Shown in pieces: positions 22,831 through 34,031 of a stretch of 64,000 bases of DNA. The stretch is from assembly GCF_009914755.1 (NCBI RefSeq), contig NC_060944.1. The stretch is one strand, 5' to 3'. The notes beneath the pieces were generated by a model. That model worked only from the letters and a program-made list of their open reading frames with translations, was not told the origin of the DNA and did no database searches. How positions within the stretch are numbered: position 1 is the first letter of the stretch; each line of letters opens with the position of its first letter. The translations under genes and the position numbers were made by a program. Origin of the DNA: the human T2T-CHM13v2.0 reference genome, Homo sapiens.

Positions 22831-25800
22831 TTTTGTAGTCATTGTACATAAGGGCATTTATTCACTCGAGTAGATAATAAAAAGTAGCCATTGTTCCCCA
22901 TCTAAATATGTACATGAGTTGAAATATTAAAGTCTCAAAAGCATTTTCTTTTCTTAATGGACAAGTGAGCTACTGCAATTTCTTATGATAATAAGCATAG
23001 ATTTCCAGTCTACTCTAAGATTTTCATGTGTCAAGCAAGGACTTTGAAAGAATGATGAAGCTTTGTTTTGCAGGGTGTACATGCCTAGTCAGAGCAAGCA
23101 TCTCATAGCTAGTTTGAATGTAAAGGACACTTTAACCAAAAAGACATCTGTTTCTGATGTACTGGAGGATGGCGTTTTGGGGCTGTCATCTGGAGTGACA
23201 CTCGACAGGAGGTCTTACTGCCTCTGTACTCCTAGCTCTGAGGGCCTCTTGGGGTGCCCCTAACACCACCACAGCTGCCCCTGAGTCTTGCTTTGCTGGG
23301 ACAGCCTTGCCCTGCCGGAGGAGATGGCAGGTGGGTGGGATGAGGCTTGGCTCCAGGAAGGAGGCCACTTGTCATGCGGGGACAGCCAGGAAGTTAATTC
23401 CCTGTGTGCCTGAACTGCTTGTCCCAAGGATTGCTGCCTCAGGGTCACATTCAACCAGCCACACCTCAAACAGAGGGGACAGAAATACAACACAAATTAA
23501 GAAGCTCTGCTGTGGTAGACAGGGAGCTTTGTAATTGCACAGGGCTAGGTCAAAAATCGTAGCCTTACAAAAGAATCGGGTAGTGTCAGAGAATTTTGAA
23601 ATGAAAATTCTAAGAAGTACTCCTTGATGTAGAGAAAACAGCAAAGGAGCGGCAACAGAGTGAAAGAAATAAGTAACTTCATAAGAGAGTGCCACACTCC
23701 GCTAGAGAAACAGAAACGTTATTTTCCAACAGCTTCACTTCCTTCCTATTTTGCCGTACAGAAAAGAACAACATGTAACTTAGGATAAGTGTGTAGGGGC
23801 CTGGACAAATCACTTTGGTAAGACTGTTTTATCATTTATAAAACCAGCTTCACGAGAATCTATTGCATAGTTGTTACGGGGATCAAATGTGAGCAGTTCT
23901 TTGTAAATTACATGGGAAGGTTTATGTTTATTTTTCTTTTTATGTGACTATAGAAGATGTCTGGTGTTTCAAGTTCACCTATAATGGCCACACATTTTTA
24001 TTATTACAACTCAGTTAATTCCAGAAACAAACATCTGAATCGGCTTAGTCCCTTGAGGAGTTGGGATCAGGAGGGGATAAGGCTGTGTCTCCACCTCTGC
24101 ATTGTCACGGTCATTTTCACAGATTGACCTGAGGATTTAGAACAGCCTTAAAGAGAACAAATACTAACAACAACAAAAGTCACTTAACTGTAGCCTTAAG
24201 CAACGTGCAAAGGCAAGAAAATATTTGTCCAGGGGGTAGTTGAGTTCTTCACAGATTAACAGCACATTTAGGCCTTGGGATTATTTTGTTTTATTATATT
24301 TTGTTTGTATATAGCTTAGCACTAACTGAGGGGGTCGCTTTTCCCTTTTATTAAGCTTTCTGGGTCTGATCTGTCTCTGCCCTGCAGGCCCTGCCAAGTC
24401 ACGCACCCAAGATAACTCCTCAATTCACCACGCCCAAGGGGATGGCATGGCGCTCAGCTCTCATTTCTCCCCACGTCAGCCTGGATTTATACAGCTTTCC
24501 TGCAGGTTTTCCCGCTTCATGCTGCTGCATAGTGTTTTCTCTAACTTGCCACAATTTAATGGCCAAACCTCATATTTAAAATATTATGGATACGAAAGGG
24601 GGAAAATAAATAATTTCCAATCATGGCTCACTAAGACTTTGTGGCCTTGTCAGTCTGTAACTGCAGACGTGTTGAAGTCATCTTGGGTATTTGCAGTGGA
24701 ACCTAAAAAGAAGTGTGGTTTTGCTTTGGGAAGGTCTCTATGTGTCTCTCCTGCTTGCAGTTCCTATGTTGTTTTGGGGTCTCTGGGTGAAGGAGGCCTC
24801 CTGAGAGAATTCTGCTTAGAAATCTGAAGCTGACAATCTACAATACCCTTCAGGGTCGTTCCTTTTGCCAAAGGGGAAGCAGAAGTGCCGGGACTCCACA
24901 TTTCACGAAGCCTTTCATCGTAAATACAGTTCTCCTCCTTCCTTGTCAAGGTTTCGAGGATCTACCAGTAATTCAGCCACATTTGCAATTGTCATGTTAA
25001 AGTAATCCACACATGAATATAGAGAACAAAAAGAATGTAAAAATGAAAATGTATTTTTTAATTTGAGAAACATGTTTTATCAATACATATACACAAAGAT
25101 GGCAATTAAAAAGGAAAACAGACTTACTGTGAATAAAACACAAATTTTGTCTACATACACTAGAAAATTTTCCTCAGATCCTTGGAACCCGTTGATGTAT
25201 TTTTATAGAATAGCCGTGATCTAATTTTTGGCAGGGGTGTGTTCACATGTGTGCGTATCCATTCTTAGAAATGTGTAAAATAGTATACCAAAGTTAAAGT
25301 AAATAGAATGAAACAATTTTTCTCTACTTAGTAACATTTTTCAGTAACTCTCCTGAAACAATTTCCATCTGCAACTTTACCTTTAAAAGCTTTAATTATT
25401 TTTTAAATGTCACCACTTGATTTTGATGAGTGCTGTTGGCAATAGAGTTAGATGACCAGGGAACAGGTTTAATCAATTGCAAGTGGCTTCTGTAACCTTT
25501 GGTTTGGAAAGTAAATAGGAGAGGAGAAACTCAATGGCACATTTTCTTCTCTTTCAAACACATGTTCTTATTTAATAAATTCTCTCTCAAATAAAATAAG
25601 CCTGTAGTTATTGGTGGTCAGTTTCATGTAATAGGAGCTACTACAGTTTTCCCATTAAAAAAATAATACAAGACTGCAATAAAGCATATAGTGAGTCACT
25701 TTATTGGGTACGAAGTAATAAACCAGTGGTTACAATGATAACGTCTATGATGTGTCTTAGAAGAAACAACCTTGATTGTTTTGTTTGGTTTGGGGTGGGG

Positions 25801-26179
25801 CTTTTTGGTTTAGTGGCACAGAAAACCAATATGGGATCAGACCCCACCCTTCAAATCAGTGTTCTTATAGCAACTGGAAAATTTCACTCTCAGCAATGAT
25901 CACAACTGCAATTAATTATTAAAGTGTGTAACGTGTTGCTCAGTATCTCAGTCTTCCAAAACTATACATGCTCCACATCCAAGTTCTACTCAGGGGCAAG
26001 GACTACTCAGTTTATGCAGTTAAATCACTGCATGCAGGAGTGAATGGTTGGCATCTATATATAGAAGAAAGAAAAAAATAAAGGGAATAACACAGAGGAA
26101 AGAAAATAGAGAAAAGAAAAGGGGAAAGAGCAAAAGAAAGGAAGGAAAAAGACAAAGAAGGTAGCAAAGAAAAGAAGGA

Positions 26180-26490
26180 GGCCAGACGTGGTGGCTCACG
26201 CCTGTAATCCCAGCACTTTGGGAGGCTGAGGTGGGTGGATCACTTGAGGTCAGGGGTTCGAGATCAGCCTAGGCAACAAGGTGAAACCCCCTCTCTACTA
26301 AAATACAAAAATTAGCTGTAGTCCCAGCTGCTTGGGAGGCTGAGGTGGGAGAATCACTTGAACCCAGGAGGCAGAGCTTGCAGTGAGCCGAGATCGTGCC
26401 ACACTGCACTCCAGCCTGGGCGATAGAGTCTCACGTGAGACTCCAAAAAAAATAAATAAATAAAATAAATAAAAAGAAAAGAAAAGAAAG
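26180..26490 (+). mobile_element. AluS-type SINE with internal deletion and terminal palindrome
   Basis: 'ggccagacgtggtggctcacgcctgtaatcc...' with mixed A-tail; ~20 bp missing after 'attagc'; 'aaaagaagga' on both flanks. Confidence 0.9.
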
Positions 26491-27944
26491 ATAAAAGAAG
26501 GAAGATTTTTATTTTTTGGGAACCTACCATCTTGCAATTCTGTCAAGCACATTAAGTCTACTATTAACAATATCTATATAAAATAAGTATTTTTAACTTT
26601 GCTGATCTTTTTTTGTTAAGTAAATCACAGCTTCCAAAACTCACGATCCCTCTGCTGCACCTTGCTGCCAGCATTCAACACAATATTCTTCTATAGCTCC
26701 CCAAAATGCAGAGGGAGTGCATGAGAACACAGTTATTTCAATCGTCAACTACTGCTGAATGCTGGGTGCTGCAGACGTACCCCATTCTTGCACAGTTCAC
26801 ATTGCTGGGAACCCGTGGGATGACACAGCCCGAGTATCAGAAGTGAAAGCTGAACGTCATTACTCCTGGTATCAAAAATATTTTGCAGACTACCTGAATG
26901 ATGTTGGATGCGGGTTCTAGTCCCCTGGAAGTGATATTGAACACCCAGGGAATTTCTCTTAAAGACGCAATCATTCACGGCTAGATATTAACCAGATCTA
27001 TGACATACAGTGTTGCCACATCATCTTCTCATTTCACTGGCTCTAACCCTGCTGAACATTTCTAATACAGCAAGGGTGTTTGGTGAAATACGACTTTCTG
27101 ATTGAATGAATGCCTGCATGCCTCCGTGATAAACACCAGTTCAAGCACACTGTGGATTACAAGGAGAGACAAGTGCCAAAATCTCCAGATAAGTTTCAAC
27201 CCCTTTCCCCTCCCCCACAACCAAATTATCTCAATTTATTTTTCATCAGATCTTACTGTGACCAATAATTTTTGTATAGTGAACATCAGTATTTTTGCCT
27301 GCCTTGCTCTGTTCTCTGTTTTTTTTTCCATCTCTTTGCTTTGACATGCCAAGCTGCATTTGACTTTAAGGCAGTTTTATGGAAGGGAAGTTTTAAAGAA
27401 ACATTAACTGTGTGGTGGGACTGATATAAACCCCTTGGCATGGACTAGTCAGAGTCTATACACCTTATCGCTTTGGCTGCCCCCTCCTTTTTATTACCTT
27501 TTTGGTTCCTGTTGCTAACATATTTCCTTTTCTCCAAGTGTATTTTTCCAGTACTAAAGCTATGCTTTTTTTTAGGTCTACCTAGAAAATTTTCAGTTAC
27601 ATCATTTGCACAAATATGTTGATGTTAACATTGAAAAACCTCTTTGCCTGCCATTGTATATTTTATTTGGCTAAAAACGGTTCATGTCTAATACATTACA
27701 TGTCCTTTGGTGATACTATTTAAGCAAGAAATTCCAAAACTCACAAATACCGAATAGCCAAAAGTTCCAAAGCTGTGCACGAACACTAAACATGCAATAT
27801 ATCTCCTCCTTTTCCAAACAGAAATAGATTTCTCTCTGATTTGTTTGATAAATTTGACCCATGATTTCCATTTGGAGTTATTGGAGTTCCTACTGTTTTT
27901 CTGCGTGTTGGTGGGCCAAGTCCTAATCACCCCAAAGCCCCACA

Positions 27945-28225
27945 GAGACCATAAATTATAGCGATGAGGTGAAGCTTTGTATTCCTTCGGCTGCAGAAGA
28001 AGGCCATTTTGCTGCAGCCTATTTTGACAGGCATGAATTTAATTCATTGTTTTATGACAGATGGGAAAAGTGTACATGCTCATAGTACTGATTTATGGTC
28101 ATGTGGGTCTGGAGGATTCTATAATTTGCAACTAATGTGAAAACAGATGGATAGGCAGACACCAAAGGTTAGGCTGACCTGCGCATTTCTCCACTGGTTA
28201 CAAATGGCGTCCATATGCGTCCAGT
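27945..28225. promoter_or_regulatory. Candidate developmental enhancer (HOX/PBX/MEIS/bHLH motifs)
   Basis: CCATAAA 27949, TGACAG 28025 and 28055, TTTATGA 28051, TGATTTATGG 28089, CAGATG 28058 and 28144, in repeat-free sequence. Confidence 0.4.
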
Positions 28226-30769
28226 CTCTCTGGGTGAGGTCTTCCTTGGGACGGCCAGACATTGTAAAGAGCGGTGCACTTCTTTTTTTCCCCTCCTAAG
28301 TAAGTTAGTGAAAGTGAAATTTGGGAAATGTTTCCAAGTCTCAATATTTCAAGAGACACCCTGTGCCTTCTGAATGTGTGGGATTCTACTTTCCTTTTCT
28401 TTTTTAATTAGAAAGCACTTTTCCAAGGTGTATGTAATATGTTCATTATTATCTAAACAAGGAATGCCATATAAAGGCATTGGTAGCTGTTTTCACTTCA
28501 ATTGACAAATTTATTTAAATAGAATGATTGATTGAAAATCAGCAGCTGGGGAGTTTCAAAGGAAATACCTCGACTTGGGAACGGGCATGTATTTTTGTGA
28601 GAAATGTGTTTGTGCTTAAATAAATGAGTTTCTACTTTATAACCATTTTGCCTTTTAAGAAAATAAATGGGTTATCATTTGAAATTACTTAATTGATGCT
28701 AAAGTGTTTCATACATTTTGACTATTAAATGACTTTACCTAAGAGGAAATAACAAAAATCACATTTCTTTTTGAAGAAAGAAATACATCTAGACCTATAG
28801 TAACAAAGTAAATCCATAGTCAATTTTACTTGAGTTGCTACTCATTCAAGTACTTAACACATGAAAAAAACATGTTAAGAAAGTATCTATTTTGTTATTA
28901 TCAGTTCAATTGTCATAACATTATTTCCATATTAACTTGATTTATAACATTTAAATATTAAAACTAAACATGCTATTAATTTTAATTCTGAAGATAAAAG
29001 TTGTGTTTCATTTCTCAAACCTTCACAACTCTGAAGTTGTCTTATGTTTCATTTTATTTTGAAAACTGGAACTGTGGATTGCTATTCCCTAAATTAAAAG
29101 TACAAAATTCAGATATAATTAAGGGCTGTTTTACTCTTGATCAAATCAGCATTTTGGCAATGAAAGTCAGAAGACCTGTGTTTTACAAAGTCAAAATATT
29201 GTTTTATTTTATTATAATTTGAAATTACATTTTAACCAGTCTAATGGCTATTTCTGAGCCTTAACTGACATGAAACTGTCTGTATTGGTGCAATTATAAT
29301 GCAGGATATTTGTAGCTTCATATGCTGCTGCAGAGGCTAAACGCAGAGGATTTAGCCTCCTTTGACACTCAATCATTGTACATTTATCTTGGAAAGGGAA
29401 AAATTTAAGTGGCTGATAACTAATTTTAATTGACATCTAGAAAAAATAAATAAACCAAGCAAACCAAATGTGTTTTCTTAAAACTATGTTCTTCTTAGCT
29501 ATTAGCCTCTCTTTAGCTACAGAAAGAAATCATGTGCATGTTATTTTTTTCACACAGCACTTCCTAAAGAAGCTGTAGGCTGGGGATGCCATTTCCCTTT
29601 TAGACAATAATAGCTGCCACCATAGCTGCCACTATCTCATTGCTGGGTCAAATGAAGGTAGTCTCATCAGAAGATACCAAGAGTCATGTGAAAGCCAGTT
29701 AGATGAAAAAAGCCTGTATCTGACCTCAAAGACTTTCTCTTGGCTCAAATGTTTAATTTTGTTAAGCATGCAGACAATCAATTTAAGAATAACCTGATTT
29801 ACAAATGTCGTTTGACATCAAGTGAGTACCAGGGACTTACTTTTATTATACATTTTTTGGAAGGGCTGGACTGAATTTCCTTTATGCATTCATGTCAATG
29901 GTATGGATAGGGCTATTTCTTTACTCCTTGAGCACTGGAAATGCAAGGGTGTGTCCACTGGCCCATGTGTTGAGGCTTCATCCATCCCTGTCATCCTGTG
30001 CTCAACCTGCTCCTGCCTGCACAGCACTTTCCTTCTTCTACAGGACTCTACTTCCTCCCCAGTCTCTTCATTTACAGAGTGTCTGGTGCTAGGGAAGGGA
30101 TGGTGATCAAGAGCTCCAGGAACCCTGCTTGGAGTATTGTCTCCTTGGCAGAATTAACCTCTCTCGGTATTCTTCAAGTTCCCTTTGTACATATCTTCTC
30201 ATACACCGAGTAACACTGCCCAGCAGTTGATTATCTATGTCTGTTTCCTTTACTATGAAACTGACTTGATTACATTAACATTTTAAATGCCATTACCTAC
30301 TTGTGGGTCTGGAACATAGCAGTAGTTCAATAAAAGTTAATTGAAAGTTGAATGTGTGGAAAGAAATTGATCTTTAAGCCAGCTATGTAAGGATAGAAAT
30401 CAATCAGTTTCAGTAGATTATGAAATAAAGTAAAAGTAAATCCATGACATATGCAGTTATAAAATTATTTCAGAGAAGTAATAACTATATATGTAAATAC
30501 CAATTCTTTAATTTTTTATTTTTATTTGTACATCAATTGCATTTTTATTTGTACAAATAATGTATAGAAAGAGCCTCACTGGCAGGACTTCTAACAATTC
30601 AAAGTCAGAATCAACTTCCAGCTTTCTCATCCCACTTTCTTGCTCAGAAGTTACCAAATCTCACAGTTTATGAAAATCTCCCATACTTTCTTCTTTGTAT
30701 TTATGAAAACGTGTTTTATATATAAATGAATCATCTTATCTTGGTTCACAATGCTTTATTTTTAATTAA

Positions 30770-30990
30770 ATTGGTAGCTAACACTTGTTATATTCCTGAG
30801 ATTTTTCTAAGCACTCAACATGGTTAGCTCGTTTGATAATGTGATAGGAGCTGTTACTATGGCACTCTTACCAATGAGAAAGTTAAGGCCAGGAAAAATA
30901 AATGACCTGCTCAAGGTGGTGAGGTGCACTGAGCGCAGAATACCAGGCAGTCTGGATCCAGAGCACACTCTATTAACCTCTGCACTCTGC
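30770..30990 (-). mobile_element. MIR SINE
   Basis: 'ctaagcact...ttaccaatgagaaagttaaggccagg...aatgacctgctcaaggt...caggcagtctggatccagagc'. Confidence 0.7.
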
Positions 30991-30999
30991 TATATTGAA

Positions 31000-31885
31000 A
31001 ATAAGGCCATACCAAATGGACTACTTTGCAACATTCTTTTTTTTTTAACTTAATGATATGTCTTAGATAGTTCTCCATGGCTTTCTATATAACCATAACT
31101 CATTAATTTTAATTAGTAGCTAATAATTCACAGCATGGACTATCCTAATTTATTTGACATTGTCATGTGTATGGACATTAGGCTGATTTCAGTCTTTCAT
31201 TATTAAAAATTACAACAAATATTCCTGTATATTCTTTGTGCAAATGTTGCAGTATCTCTAACAGATACACCTAGAAGTAAAATGATGAGCCAAAGCTCAT
31301 GTACAATATTAAATTTTAATAGACGTTGATAAATTTTGGTCCGAAAAGACTGTCAACTATCACTTCTTCCAACCAACATTATTTATTGTCTTTATATGAA
31401 ATGTTATGAGTATGAAGGATACAAAAGAGATCGTTAATAGTTTTAATTTACATTGCCCTAATTATAGCAGGATTTACTTTGGCCATTTTTGTATTATTTG
31501 TAGAGATTCTTTATATATTCTGGATAGTAACTCCATACATTGACATATGTTGTTAATATATATTTTTCTATTCTATTACTTTTCTTTAAACTTTGTTGAC
31601 TCCTACTGTTTAGTTGTTTAAAAGTTTATGGGAAAAATATTTTCTATGTTTTTTACATGGCTTAAGAAATTCTTTCTTGCCAAGTGGTTTTAATTCTATT
31701 TTTTATTATAACATAATTACATTGAGACTTGTTTTATTTTGTTTGCTTATTTACAGATAGATATTATTTCAGAATTTATTAATGTACATAGGGTAGATAG
31801 AAATTTTTTTCCTACTCAATTCTCCCGTACCATTTATTGAATAATTCTGTCACTCACTGATCTGAAATGCCACTTTATCATAAAC
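31000..31885 (-). mobile_element. Very old L1M (L1ME-like) fragment
   Basis: 'atggacattaggctgatttcagtcttt...agatacacctagaagtaaaatgatgag...ctttatatattctggata...caccatttattgaataa'. Confidence 0.6.
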
Positions 31886-32494
31886 TTAATAAACATTACT
31901 TTATTCTGATAATTGGAGTAAAATTAGCAAATGCAAAAACATAGATAAGATAAAAGTTATCAGTAATTGCAACCATTAAACTACTGTTTAGTGGTTTAGA
32001 TGATTTTTCTCCATTCATGGTATTATTTTTTATGGCTGACATTTCACCCAGTCTTTTCTAATCATGTAATGGCATTTTAATATATTGTTAACTGTTACAG
32101 TAATTAAAAGAAAAATGGAATACTATGTCTGATATAAAAATAACATAGACTTCTAAATGACAATACACAGAGGGCATGAAGTTGAAGTTTGATTGGAATA
32201 TACACATTACTGCTTGTCATAGTATTTATTTGTGCAAATGCTCTAAAAATTAATAAAATATTTTAAGAGTATTACAATGTTTATATGCTTTGATCTAGAA
32301 GTTTTTTTTTCAAGGTATGTATACAAAGGGAATAATCAGAGGTATAATCCAAGATTAATATATAAAATGTTGCACGTATATTTTATAATACCTAAAAGAA
32401 TGAAAACCCAAAATGTCCAACCATGAGGGTGGTTGAATAAATTAGGGTACCTTCTTGAGACAGAATACTATTTCCTTAGTGCAATGGTGCTTTG

Positions 32495-32825
32495 TAGACC
32501 TGGCGTGGCAGTAGCTGCTGCTCTTTGACAAGTGTTTTTGGCTCCCCACCTTCCGGGCCTGTGGAAAGCTCATGTTTCCTAGACACCTTGTGATTGGGTG
32601 GGGCTGTGGGACTGCCTGACAATGTCATCAGCAGAAATGACACATGTCATTTCCAGGCCAGAATGCTCAAATATTAAAGGGAAACAGTCCACGTTTGGCA
32701 AAGGGGCCACTAACATTGGAAATGGCATGGCTGAGTGATGATAAGGAGTAGAGATCTTCTGCTAACTGTAAATGGAAATATGGATTAGAGAGAAACAGAC
32801 ATGCACTGTTTTAAGCCACTAAACA
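32495..32825 (+). mobile_element. MaLR LTR (MLT1J-like)
   Basis: 'ggctccccaccttccgggc...gggtggggctgtgggactg...gcagaaatgacacatgtcatttccaggcc...ttttaagccact'. Confidence 0.7.
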
Positions 32826-34031
32826 GTAGCCACTACCCATTGGTTAATACAGATAAGAAAACTCTCACAAAATAAAAGTGAGGGGGAAAATAGGGTAAAA
32901 AATGTGTCCTGAATGTATGAAATCAATTTTGTGTGTGAGGGGAAAATAATGTAACAAATATACACACAAGGAAACCCCCTCCCCCAAACCCACCAGAATA
33001 TTGTTTTTACCTCTGGGTGTTGAGACTATAGAGTTTTAATTTCTTTATATATTCTTCTGTTTTTCTAGAATAAATGCATATTATTTTATAATTACAAAGG
33101 CTACTTTTTAACTCTTCATAATCATAACTTATAATGGTAAAATTTATATAAAATTTCAATCTGTGCATATGTAAATAAATTAACTTTCTTGTTATGCATT
33201 TAAGTTAGTTATAGGTTTCCACTGTTTTCTTCAGACAATGATTATCATTGTGTGTAATTTCAACCTAGTAACTCAATTGTTTCTGTAGAATTGATAGTAG
33301 AATTAATTACTCAATAGTTATGGATATTTTAGGACTACATAAATGCTATTCAACACTCTTTTTAATGGTTGTATCAATTACACTTTTATCAGTAGGAGCA
33401 CTCATTCTTCCACAAAAAATGATAGTATTGAATTTTTTTTCTTTTGTTAAATTTATAATTTGACAAGAAAAATCTTCTAAACATATTTTTTAAATGTAAT
33501 GTGTCTTCAGCTGTCCATGGGAAAGCACTAATATTATATTTGATTTCAAATCTATTGTGGACTGCTCTGGGGACCTACTGCACATGACCAATACCTACAT
33601 GAGCTACCTGTGCATCAACAGCATGAATCTAACATCACCTGAGCTCATCTTCATGTTTAACAAGACAAGTTCGCTGATGACACCTTTGGATCCTGAGGCA
33701 ATGCCAAATTGCTACAAAAGATGTAAATATTTACACTCAATTTCTGTAATTATGTGGATTGATAATCAAACAGTTCATGCATCAATATCAGGCTGTGGAT
33801 CATACTTGAGTAGCACTGATTTGTATTTTCTTAATTTTAATTAAGTAGCTAATATATTCTCAAATGTAGCTTTTATTTTGTTTTTGGCAAATTGTCTCTT
33901 CTTGAACTTGGCTCCTTTATTCTTAGATCCTATCACTTGTATGAGTTTGACACCATTAAGACTATTTTCTCTTTTCAAATGTCTACACATATTATGTGTT
34001 TGTGGATTCTTTTTTATATCTCGTCTTTTTA

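Noticed and set aside
29332-29358. gaggctaaa...tttagcctc hairpin
   Set aside because: Only a 9-bp stem, expected by chance in 64 kb and too short for a pre-miRNA
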